Assembly: GCA_963789265.1 (NCBI GenBank)
Contig: CAWBKB010000001.1
Span: forward strand, 1,792,001 to 1,856,000
Origin: an uncultured delta proteobacterium
Lineage (GTDB): Bacteria; Desulfobacterota; Desulfomonilia; Desulfomonilales; Desulfomonilaceae
Direction of reading: 5' to 3'
DNA: 64,000 bases
Every line of letters begins with the position of its first letter. Position 1 is the first letter of the stretch. Position numbers and translations under genes: made by a program. Of the stretch, positions 32,349 to 41,480 are shown piece after piece. A model generated the notes under the pieces. It did no database searches, was not told where the DNA came from, and saw only the letters and a program-made list of their open reading frames with translations.

Positions 32349-32821
32349 CGCTCGCCTCCATTACCATCAGTCCAAATAAAATCTAGGGATGAGCCTCGCT
32401 CTCTCGCCCCAATCCCGGCCTGAGTGAGGAGGTCATAAGAAGAACCAGTGAAATCCGAGATTACCGAACGGGACAAGTTCAGACCGGTCCAGATTCCAAG
32501 TACGATGCCAAACACCAAGAATACGCCAGGCACCATCGGCCTGAAGTAATTAAGGAAGCCCAAAGAGGGCAGAAATCTTCTCCCCAAAGACTCTTCACCC
32601 ATGACTCCGATTACGTGAGACACAATCTTCTCTTTGAGAAATGGCGGCATGGGCGGTTCAGGCGACTGGAGCAGAGCTTTGTCCACGAGTGAAAATTTCT
32701 CAGCCACGCCCCGGCAACGAGCACAACCCTCCAGATGTCGGGCAAGAGCTGCCTCATCTTCTTGACCCAGCTTCTCCCCTCGCATTCGGAGTATTCGGAC
32801 TTGCCATTTCCGACAGCTCAT
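32345..32821 (-). CDS. Zinc-binding anti-sigma factor (zf-HC2)
   Basis: HLEGCARC motif and one TM helix. Confidence 0.85.
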   Translation of the reverse strand: MSCRKWQVRILRMRGEKLGQEDEAALARHLEGCARCRGVAEKFSLVDKALLQSPEPPMPPFLKEKIVSHVIGVMGEESLGRRFLPSLGFLNYFRPMVPGVFLVFGIVLGIWTGLNLSRSVISDFTGSSYDLLTQAGIGARERGSSLDFIWTDGNGGER

Positions 32822-32885
32822 GATTCCGTCTCCTGTCTTTTATACGGATGGTGAGACAAAAAGCCTGCGGCCTGTCGCTAAAAAA

Positions 32886-33455
32886 TTATAAATCAAGTAA
32901 TTTTATAAGGTTGCGTTTTGCTCTCACGAGCAAAGATTCTACCGAAGAAAGGGTTCTTTCCATGACCTCTGCGATTTCCTTAGTGGGCAATTCTTCATAA
33001 TACTTCAGTATTACCGCGGTTCGCTGTTTCTCAGGAAGGGATCGGACAGCAGATGCAACCCTGTCCGCAGTTTGTTTGAACGAGTAACTTTCCTCGGGGT
33101 TTTGGGCCACCCAAACCAGAGGCTTTCCTTCGCCTTCAAGAAAATCGGTCGAATCTGAAGCATCAAGGGAATGGACCTTGCGGTACGAGTATGATCTAGC
33201 CAAGTCGATGCTCGTGTTGCGGACAATTCTGATCAACCAGGTTTTGAAGGACATTCCCGCCTTAAAGCGCCGGGCATGGCGATAGAGTTTCAGGAACACC
33301 TCCTGAGCGATGTCCTGAGCAAGGGACTCATCACCCGTGTAGCGCACGGAAAATCGATAAATGGATGCTGTGTGCCTTTCCACCAAGGCTCGTAAGGCGT
33401 TTTCGTCTCCGTTTCCCAGGGCTCGAATAAGTTCTTCGTCAGATGACTGACGCAT
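32886..33455 (-). CDS. ECF RNA polymerase sigma factor
   Basis: AQDIAQEVFLKL, FKTWL, LPEKQRTAVIL, EIAEVM. Confidence 0.95.
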   Translation of the reverse strand: MRQSSDEELIRALGNGDENALRALVERHTASIYRFSVRYTGDESLAQDIAQEVFLKLYRHARRFKAGMSFKTWLIRIVRNTSIDLARSYSYRKVHSLDASDSTDFLEGEGKPLVWVAQNPEESYSFKQTADRVASAVRSLPEKQRTAVILKYYEELPTKEIAEVMERTLSSVESLLVRAKRNLIKLLDL

Positions 33456-33793
33456 TGGTACATTGCCTCTTCAATATCTAATTGTCATTCCATATAGAAT
33501 GTGCCATTGGGTTCCGCTCGTGCCAAAGATTTCCAGCCCGTTATTGATCCCCGCCTTGTATACTTATCCTGCTTATTATCAGGCTGCAAATTTCCCGAAA
33601 GAGCTGGCAATATCTTGAACATCCTACCCGGCATTCGCAGGGAATTCCGCGGGCACCCAATCCAACTGGAATTGCGGTTTGAGAATAGTAAGGTATCCCT
33701 TCATCACATTCGAAAAGAACTTGAGACAAGTGTTATAATTTGGAGTGTACTGAAGAAGTTTGATTTCCTTTTAGGTTTTCAGTTCAGGATTCT

Positions 33794-34096
33794 CCTTCAG
33801 ACAGCCAATTCGTTCAATTGATTTTGGCAATGCGCCTCTTTCTGCCGGAGGTGGGCTTCAATCTCTCCACACGTGAAAGAGCCGATCTTCGTGACAGATT
33901 AATCCCGCTCGGAACAACTCACATCAGCGCAGGTTCTTCAACACGTCCTGGCGGTTACTCATCTTGTGGTGGGCAAACATTGTCTCAGTTCGAGATCGAG
34001 GATGACCGAAGCCCCGCCGAGGTTGTCGCTGCTATTCGCAACGCGGGTTGCGACCCTGTATGGAAAGATTTCGATCGCGGTTTTCACCCGGCTTAA
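33794..34096 (+). pseudogene. thiH: C-terminal fragment of 2-iminoacetate synthase
   Basis: LSTRE, SAGSSTRPGGY, QFEIEDDRS, PVWKDFD; radical-SAM N-terminal part absent. Confidence 0.85.
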
Positions 34097-34154
34097 GAGG
34101 AAACCGCTGGGCAGGTGGCCCATTCACGTACACGGGGGATCTTCTGCGCGCAGT

Positions 34155-34283
34155 CCTTTCGAGAAATGAATGGTGTGGCAGGCTTCCAGCCTGTCTGTTG
34201 GGATGACGGGCAACCCCGCGTTCCGCGCGGGGCGTCGCTACCAAGCCATTTTCTCTTTCCGTGATTACTTTTGAGAATCGCTA
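34155..34283. mobile_element. MITE family C (partial, inverted)
   Basis: Reverse-complement match to 24974-25090. Confidence 0.75.
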
Positions 34284-34528
34284 TAATCATGTAATTCCGA
34301 GGCAGGGACCTTGAAGGCTAAGTGGTTATATGAGCGCTCAGCCGCCGGTTCGCCCTCCATAAGTGCTGTCCACATCCCAGCGACTATGAAGAATTTTTCA
34401 CGGGAGAGCGAGAAATTCTTGGCCGCGCTGTCATAAACTTCTTCAACGTCGAAGATTTCACGAAGGAACAGCGATGTTCTGTCCAGGTCTCTGACCACGA
34501 AGGTGATGTGGCTTATAGATTCGATCAT
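34265..34528 (-). pseudogene. fosX: Truncated FosX-family fosfomycin resistance hydrolase
   Basis: MIESISHITFVV...FSLSREKFF...SYNHLAFKV; cut after ~82 aa by the MITE. Confidence 0.85.
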
Positions 34529-34624
34529 TATGAGACTCCGTCGGATTACCCAATTCCCTGCGACCATCAATCATACCGTTTCCCACAAGAACTACAATAA
34601 CGCCTATGCAAACATATACCGGAA

Positions 34625-34769
34625 GTATCCATTCACTTACGCGCGGCGAAACATTGTCATTGCGAGCGAAGCGAAGCAATCTCTTCCCCTAATGACTTAG
34701 ATTGCTTCGTCGTTTCACTCCTCGCAATGACAGGGGTTCGACAATTCCCCCTCGTAAGTGAATGGTTAC
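34625..34769. mobile_element. MITE family B
   Basis: TIRs GTATCCATTCACTTACG / CGTAAGTGAATGGTTAC; inverted homolog of 11821-12019. Confidence 0.8.
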
Positions 34770-35179
34770 TACCGGAATTCTGACGCGTCCGCAGCTTTCG
34801 GAGCCCTGAAGGCAGTGATCGGTCACCCAAATCCAATTGTTGCACGGACCTCAATTGGCCGCAGAGTCGTGTTTAGTGTGGACCCAATCGCGCGCTATTT
34901 TTTGCCGGTACACTTTCAAAAGCGGCACGCGAGCATAACAGACTGATATTGTCTGTTAAATAAGCCATTGTACTCAAATTATTTTTAATATATGCTTCAC
35001 ATCGCGGGCAAATCTCATACCCAACTTGTCGCGCATGTGGCCAGTGAAGTTATCTGGTGGGCTCGGCGACGCTGAGCGTGCAAGAGCCATGGGAATGACT
35101 CGTTCAATTTGATGTGCAAGATTACAAGGCCACTCAGTGCGAGAATTTTTTGATTGGGGTCTTCAAAGGGGGCCTACTG

Positions 35180-38100
35180 ATGACCGACGAAGACGAGGCC
35201 GGCAAAGAGCTCATCACCGCATTACGAGAGAGAGTTGCCAAGTTAGAGCAATCGCTGGATCTGGCTCGCGAAAGCGCGAGCGGGCATCAGGCCGAAGAGA
35301 GATTCAAAGCTATGGTGAAAGCTTTCGACGGCTTCATTTACGTGTGCTCTTCCAACTATGAAATTGAATTCATCAACCAGCGATTCATCCATCGAATAGG
35401 ACGCAATCCAATAGGGGAAAAATGCTATCAGGTGATCCATGAGGTGGGGGATACTTGTCCCTGGTGTGCCGTAGGGACGCTACAACTGGGGGAAATCGAG
35501 CGCCGGGAGCTTCAAAGTCCCAAAGACGGCCGCTGGTATCGCGGTGCAAGCACTCCGATCCGTGGTTCGGACAACACGATCTCCTGTTTGGTTATGCTAG
35601 AAGACATTACGGAGCGCAAGCGAATGCAGGAGGCATTGAGAGAGAGTGAACAGCGCTTTCGATCCATTCTTGAAAATCCCCACACCGTGGTGCTCATTAT
35701 TGATCCGGAGACAGGCAGAATTGAGGACGGCAGCCTCGGAGCTTGCAGTTTTTACGGCTATAGTAGGGATGATCTGAGGCAGCGGAATGTCTTTGACATC
35801 TCCACCCTTCCTCCTCAGGCAATATTCGAAAGAAAGCGAATGACAGGGCTTCAGCCGTGCAGGTATTTGGAATCCCGGCATCGCATGGCTAGCGGAGAGT
35901 TCCGAGATGTCGAGGTATGCTCGTGCCCAATGGTTATTAGTGGAAAGGTGCTAGTGTTCACCTTGGTGAACGATGTTACGGGCCGCAAGATGGCTGAGGA
36001 AGCTTTGCGGAAAAGTGAAGAACGATACCGGGACCTCTTTGATTCCGCTCCCATCTCAATCTTGGAACACGATTTCTCTGAAGTACAGGCCCGCTTTGAT
36101 CGGTTGCGCTCTTTGGGAGTTGAGGATTTCAAGACCTATTTTGAGAATCACCCTGAGGAAGTCAGATCCTGCGCATCTATGGTGAAAAACCTGGGGGTAA
36201 ACCAGGAGACTGTTGCTCTCTTTCAGGCCCCCGGGAAAGAAGACGTCCCTCATTACGTGACCCCTTACTTGGAGGAAGAGTCGTGGAACGTCGTGAAAGA
36301 TGCCTTTGTGGCATTAGCTGAAGGCAAAACTCGATTTGAAGGAGTGGGTACAATCTCGACTCTCACCGGCGAGAAGAAGACCCTTGCTTTCAGAATGTCA
36401 GTGGCCGAGAGACGAGAAAATGCACCGTTGAGGGTTCTGTTGTCTTTGATAGACGTTACGGATCGCAAAAGAGCGGAGCAACGACTCGAAAGGTCTGTTT
36501 CGCTCCTTCGTTCCACTCTTGAAGCTACGAACGACGGCATTCTCGTTGTCGGCAAGGATAAGAACATTGTAGCTTACAATCAGAGGCTCCTGGATATGTG
36601 GCAGGTGCCGGAAAACATTGTCGCGAACCGCGATGTTTGTGAAGCAATATCCTTTGCACTGGCAGACTTGAAGAATTCTGACACGTTCAAGGACCACCTT
36701 GGTGGTTTTCTCAACTGTGACGAATCAGACGGCTTAGATGTGCTCGAATTCAGAGACGGACGAGTCTTCGAGTGCTATTCTCGGCCTCAACGCATCGGAG
36801 AGCAAATGATTGGGCGAGTATTGAGCTTTCGCGATGTGACTGACCGCGAGCACTGGGGAAATGCGCTACAGGAATCAGAACAGAGAAATCGTCTCCTGAT
36901 TGAAGAGTCACCGGTCGGCATCGTGCTCGTACAAGATAAAAAGCTCACCTACGCCAACCCCGTGGCTCTGGCCATGTTAGGTTATAAGGATGCGGCCGAA
37001 GTCCTGGGCCGAACCGCGGAAGACTTCCTCGCACCTGAGGAACGAGAGCGAATCGAGAAACTGAGAGAAGACCGTTTGGCCGGTGGGCAGATCTCCGTTC
37101 CTCTAGAGTTAAGAGGTGTCAAGGAAAATGGCGAGGTGCTCGAGTTGGCCGTCTGGCCACGCGAAATCAGTCACCTCGGACAGCCGACCACTCTGGCGTT
37201 CGTCACGGACAGAACCGAAGCCAAGAATCTGTGGGCGCAGCTCCTTCATTCCCAGAAGATGGAAGCCATTGGCACTCTAGCTGGAGGGATCGCGCACGAT
37301 TTCAATAACCTCCTGACGGTGATCCTGGGCTATTCGGAACTCATCCTTTCGGAAAAAGACAAAGAAGATCGAGAATACGAAGACCTCAAGAAAATAGTGG
37401 ACGCGGCACAAACAGCGGGGAACATCGTTCGGCAAGTGCTCGCATTCGGCCGCAAGACCGACGTCAAACTGAGCCCTCTCAACCTGAATCGCCAGGTGGA
37501 ACAGCTACGAAAGATGCTTTCCAGGCTGATTCCTAGGAACATAAAAGTTCAAATCAACCTAGACCCGGATCTTCCCACGGTCAATGCAGATCACGCACAG
37601 ATGGATCAGATTCTGATGAATCTTGCCGTCAATGCACGGGACGCAATGCCTAACGGTGGAAATCTCACCATTGAAACCAAGCTCGTGGACCTGGGCGAAG
37701 AATATTGCCGCTCCCATGTTGAATCTTCCCCGGGACCGCACGTCCTTGTGAAGGTCAAGGATACTGGTATTGGGATTGATAAAGCCTCGATGGACCGAAT
37801 TTTCGAGCCCTTTTACACTACAAAGGAATCGGGACAAGGAACAGGACTTGGTCTCAGCACGGTTTACGGTATAGTAAGATCCCATGACGGGCACATAAGC
37901 TGTGACAGTGAACCTGGTGTGGGAACCACCTTTAGCATATATCTGCCGGTGCGCAGGATCGAAACTGAGGCGGATTTGGAAACCAGCCGGGAATTCTCGG
38001 CTTTCGGAACGGGCACGATTCTTCTCGTCGATGACGAGGCATCTATCCGAGACTTCGGGAAGAAAGTGCTGGAAAAGGCAGGATACAATGTAATCACAGC

Positions 38101-38377
38101 CTCGAACGGCCGCGGAGCAATAGAAGCTTACAAAAAGAAAGGGGCGGCAATCTCTCTGGTTATTCTCGATCTCAACATGCCGGTTATGGATGGCGCGCAA
38201 TGTCGCGAGCAGATCCTGAAGGCAGATCCGGAGGCAAAAATCTTGATAGCATCCGGATATTTCTCTGACCGAGCACCCAGAGAGGTAATAGAGTCAGGCA
38301 AAGGATTCATTGGAAAGCCGCTCAAAGCAAAAGAGCTTCTCAAGGCCGTTCGGAATGTCTTGAACGAGGGGTCATAG
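35180..38377 (+). CDS. Multi-PAS hybrid sensor histidine kinase/response regulator
   Basis: About five PAS domains, AHDFNNLL, GTGLGL, receiver domain. Confidence 0.95.
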   Translation: MTDEDEAGKELITALRERVAKLEQSLDLARESASGHQAEERFKAMVKAFDGFIYVCSSNYEIEFINQRFIHRIGRNPIGEKCYQVIHEVGDTCPWCAVGTLQLGEIERRELQSPKDGRWYRGASTPIRGSDNTISCLVMLEDITERKRMQEALRESEQRFRSILENPHTVVLIIDPETGRIEDGSLGACSFYGYSRDDLRQRNVFDISTLPPQAIFERKRMTGLQPCRYLESRHRMASGEFRDVEVCSCPMVISGKVLVFTLVNDVTGRKMAEEALRKSEERYRDLFDSAPISILEHDFSEVQARFDRLRSLGVEDFKTYFENHPEEVRSCASMVKNLGVNQETVALFQAPGKEDVPHYVTPYLEEESWNVVKDAFVALAEGKTRFEGVGTISTLTGEKKTLAFRMSVAERRENAPLRVLLSLIDVTDRKRAEQRLERSVSLLRSTLEATNDGILVVGKDKNIVAYNQRLLDMWQVPENIVANRDVCEAISFALADLKNSDTFKDHLGGFLNCDESDGLDVLEFRDGRVFECYSRPQRIGEQMIGRVLSFRDVTDREHWGNALQESEQRNRLLIEESPVGIVLVQDKKLTYANPVALAMLGYKDAAEVLGRTAEDFLAPEERERIEKLREDRLAGGQISVPLELRGVKENGEVLELAVWPREISHLGQPTTLAFVTDRTEAKNLWAQLLHSQKMEAIGTLAGGIAHDFNNLLTVILGYSELILSEKDKEDREYEDLKKIVDAAQTAGNIVRQVLAFGRKTDVKLSPLNLNRQVEQLRKMLSRLIPRNIKVQINLDPDLPTVNADHAQMDQILMNLAVNARDAMPNGGNLTIETKLVDLGEEYCRSHVESSPGPHVLVKVKDTGIGIDKASMDRIFEPFYTTKESGQGTGLGLSTVYGIVRSHDGHISCDSEPGVGTTFSIYLPVRRIETEADLETSREFSAFGTGTILLVDDEASIRDFGKKVLEKAGYNVITASNGRGAIEAYKKKGAAISLVILDLNMPVMDGAQCREQILKADPEAKILIASGYFSDRAPREVIESGKGFIGKPLKAKELLKAVRNVLNEGS

Positions 38378-38532
38378 CGGGGAACGGGGTAATACATTAA
38401 AGGGCCTTGTTTCTGGCTTTTTCCCTTTCGCCCTGCACAGTCGTGCTCACGGTGAAGTAATGGAGTCCATATATGCTGGGATCTTCTGCCGCAAAAAACA
38501 AGGCCTTTTAATGGGTGACCCCAGTACTGCCG

Positions 38533-38570
38533 TTTGTTGGTCAGTAATTAAGTATGGTGTACCCGGAACT
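38533..38570. repeat. 38-bp direct repeat, copy 1
   Basis: TTTGTTGGTCAGTAATTAAGTATGGTGTACCCGGAACT; 36 of 38 identical to 41071-41108. Confidence 0.9.
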
Positions 38571-38578
38571 ACGGCATG

Positions 38579-39283
38579 TCACGCTGCTTCCTCAGGATAC
38601 ACAATCAATGTCTTGCCTTCTTGCGCCAACCGACCCGACTCTTTGAGCGCTTTCAGCGCCCTAGTGATACTAACCCTGTGTGCCCCGACAAGAAAACTCA
38701 GTTCCTCATGTGTTAGGGGAAACTGGATTCTGAACCCGTTACGACTCCTCACACCGTGCTCTTTGGCAACAGTGACGAGCACATTGTACAGTCGGGTTTC
38801 CAGGCGGGTCAGCGACATATTACTAACACGGCTTGTCAACGAATCAATCCTGAGGCTCAAGTTTTTGATTACCTGTAGCCCTATGGACGGATGTTCTAAA
38901 ACAAGTTTTTCGAAAGCCGCTTTGCTGAAACCGCAGGTGAGAGTGTCTTCCATGCATACGGCTGTCAACGAATAATCGGCATCTTCGTTCAGGACACTTT
39001 CTCCTATAATGTCGCCGCCTTTACGAATATCAAGCGTAAATTCGGAGCCGTCCTCCATCAATTTCGTCAATTTGACCCGTCCAGCCTTTATCAGGAACAT
39101 CTCGACCGCTCTGTCCCCCTGATAGAACATGATTTCCCCAGGCCGGAGTTTCTTGCGTAAGGCAGCTTTTGCGAGGGCTGTCATGTCCTCGGCTACAAGG
39201 TTTTGGAAAATCCATAAGCTGCCAATACACGTCGGATTTAGCTCTATACCTGAGCCCGCCAGTTGCTCACAAAGACATTCCAT
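38579..39283 (-). CDS. Crp/Fnr family regulator (HcpR-like, N-terminal cysteines)
   Basis: cNMP-binding barrel (GRVKL, GDIIGE), HTH LTHEELSFLVGAHRVSITR; MECLC...C. Confidence 0.92.
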   Translation of the reverse strand: MECLCEQLAGSGIELNPTCIGSLWIFQNLVAEDMTALAKAALRKKLRPGEIMFYQGDRAVEMFLIKAGRVKLTKLMEDGSEFTLDIRKGGDIIGESVLNEDADYSLTAVCMEDTLTCGFSKAAFEKLVLEHPSIGLQVIKNLSLRIDSLTSRVSNMSLTRLETRLYNVLVTVAKEHGVRSRNGFRIQFPLTHEELSFLVGAHRVSITRALKALKESGRLAQEGKTLIVYPEEAA

Positions 39284-39463
39284 TTGCTATCACTTTCATA
39301 ACCTTATAGAAATTCTTGATGCCTCCATGAACCCCGTATCTGACTTTGCCGGGGAAATCCCTCTATCATGGCCCTCCTGGTGGGGCCATGTTCGCGATAA
39401 ATACGGCTGACGGGACTATGAACAATCTCGCTCATCGGCTAGTCCCTTGACGGACAAATTTCA

Positions 39464-39485
39464 GGCGCTGAACTACTTCAGCGCC
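39464..39485 (-). terminator. Hairpin downstream of small Cys-rich ORF
   Basis: GGCGCTGAA-CTAC-TTCAGCGCC. Confidence 0.5.
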
Positions 39486-39515
39486 CGATATTAAAGGACA
39501 TGCAAAAATAGGATC

Positions 39516-39647
39516 TCACTTCTTCTTTTCTTCCGATTTCGGATCGTCGGCCAATTTAACCTTTTTGCCGCAGAGATCACAATTACCTTCCTCTGTGATA
39601 CACGGCTGTTTGGGCGCCTCTCCTCCGCAGATTCCGCACTTAGACAT
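39516..39647 (-). CDS. 43-aa double-CxxC small protein (not in ORF track)
   Basis: MSKCGICGGEAPKQPCITEEGNCDLCGKKVKLADDPKSEEKKK; AAGGAGGTGA RBS. Confidence 0.8.
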   Translation of the reverse strand: MSKCGICGGEAPKQPCITEEGNCDLCGKKVKLADDPKSEEKKK

Positions 39648-39773
39648 TCACGATCACCTCCTTTTATTATGAAGACTCCCAGTCCAACAGGCAATCGGAT
39701 TTCTTTGAATAAGCGTTTCACATTACAAGTCTTTCTTGAAGCGTTCAGTGTATTTTCTTGATATAATGAAATG

Positions 39774-40353
39774 TTATTCCAATAATTGCAGCAACATACG
39801 GTGAAAGGGTTCCAGGCTTATGGATTCAACCTCTACGGGAACTTGTACCAGGTCGAAAAATTCCAATATTTCCTCGTCTGTAAGGGGTACGAGACCAGGG
39901 TCGAGCACAAGAATCCGCTCATATCTCCCCAGGTTTATGCGGAAATCGACTTCGGTCCAACCGAGGAGTCTTTTCATAGATTCGGGCCAGAGCCTCACCC
40001 ATGAAGGCGTCATTACCATAGTGTGATTCTGTTCATATTCTTTCACCTTATCTCCAACAAATGCTCCCAGGCAGTTATTTGCGGAAGGGATCGACACCCC
40101 CTTTTGCTGGGCCAGTAAATCAATTCCTGGTAGACAACCCCAACCATACAAGACTCGAACGTGGCTTTCTGCCGTGCCTTTCGACTCGTCGATGGCTGAT
40201 GTCAATTTTTTTTCAAGGAGAGCAGGGTCTGAATGAAGCCCCACGTCCATCCAGAACCATTTCAACATCCAAGGATTCCCGTTCCTTTTGCAGGACGTAG
40301 TTGATTTCTTCCTCAAATATTTTGCACGCAACCAAGATTCTCTTTTTCTTCAT
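39774..40353 (-). CDS. DUF1638 domain protein (frameshift near 40260)
   Basis: ILVACKIFEEE start joined to GLHSDP, LYGWGC, NNC, TPSW. Confidence 0.8.
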
Positions 40354-40464
40354 CGGTCCCTTCCCGTGTTGCAAAACAGCTCCACGTGGAGTCGGTTTAG
40401 GCATTGGCGCGCTCTCCAAGACCTGGCAGGCGTTGGAAACAGCATCTGTTCTACAATCTTGCAA

Positions 40465-40704
40465 TCATAGCCCGGCCCGCTTTAGAATCGTCTCGGCCAC
40501 CTGCTCCGCGCTGGTAAAGGGAAAATCGTCTGGTTTGAGCAGCTTTCCCGCTTCGCCCGCTGTCATTTCGATTTCCCTCGACTTGCATTTGGTGTCGGCA
40601 CCTTGCGGGAAGGCCGCAAGAAGGGCCCCTGGCGAGCCGATTGGAAAATTGGCGCGGGCAAGAGCACCAATAATTTGATTTCGGATATCCTCTTTGATAG
40701 ACAT
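40465..40704 (-). CDS. MTH865-like family protein
   Basis: AGGAG RBS; ANFPIGSP...AFPQGADTKC...DFPF. Confidence 0.85.
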   Translation of the reverse strand: MSIKEDIRNQIIGALARANFPIGSPGALLAAFPQGADTKCKSREIEMTAGEAGKLLKPDDFPFTSAEQVAETILKRAGL

Positions 40705-40967
40705 GACAAAACTCCTGAATTTGTTGGGTGACGGGGCTAGGTTCGCTCCTACCCCCATTTAGTTGAAAAGATCCGATGAGCACTTAAGCACATCCCGATC
40801 ACATACATGAACTCAGGCTTTCTCACCTCCGTTTCTTCAGGGATTTGGGATACCCACGAGTTTGATCAATAGATTATCAAAGCCGAAGCGTGGATTCAGT
40901 AGCGGTCGCTACAATCTGAGGAAATTTCTGTTTTTTTTCGGCTCCCCTCTTCCAGGGCCTAATCCGT

Positions 40968-41107
40968 GTTCTGGGTACACCATACTCAATTCCCTTTGGG
41001 GGTTCCTTTTGGTCCGAGGGTTTCCGCCTATGCAATACTCTGGCAAGCTCGCCTTTCACGATATCTTGCATTTGTTTGTCAATAATTAAGTATGGTGTAC
41101 CCGGAAC
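40968..41107. mobile_element. Mini-element: inverted 24-bp repeats around a possible transposase C-terminal remnant
   Basis: GTTCTGGGTACACCATACTCAATT vs AATTAAGTATGGTGTACCCGGAAC (22 of 24); interior reads LARVLHRRKP on minus strand. Confidence 0.6.
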
Positions 41108-41108
41108 T
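41071..41108. repeat. 38-bp direct repeat, copy 2
   Basis: TTTGTTTGTCAATAATTAAGTATGGTGTACCCGGAACT. Confidence 0.9.
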
Positions 41109-41137
41109 TCTTTCCACCGCAGAAGAGAGGCTTCGCT

Positions 41138-41440
41138 ATGAACAAGAAGATGATGCCTGCTAAAGATCGACCGACCAGGCCGATTACGATTCGCATGCCT
41201 GTGGATGTCTTGGAGGATCTTAAACGTGTAGCTCCAACGAAAGATCTGCCCGGATATCAGTCGCTCATCAAGGTCTACATTAGACAAGGTTTGAGACTAG
41301 ACATGGAACGGCTCTGGGAAACTGAAGAAAAATCCGGGAGGTTGGATGCTGTTCTCACCGAAATCGGACTAAAAAAAGAGGAGAAGAGCAAAATTTGGGA
41401 GGCACTAGGTGGTGAACATCCGCGAACCGAAAACGCTTAG
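41138..41440 (+). CDS. Orphan CopG/BrnA-like ribbon-helix-helix protein
   Basis: ITIRMPVDVLEDLKRVA...GYQSLIKVYI. Confidence 0.75.
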   Translation: MNKKMMPAKDRPTRPITIRMPVDVLEDLKRVAPTKDLPGYQSLIKVYIRQGLRLDMERLWETEEKSGRLDAVLTEIGLKKEEKSKIWEALGGEHPRTENA

Positions 41441-41480
41441 CCCCGATTGCCGCCAAATCTTCGACGAAGCCAACTTCCCG

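Noticed and set aside
33501..33821. 106-aa ORF upstream of thiH fragment
   Set aside because: AT-rich, no RBS or motif; different frame from the thiH remnant
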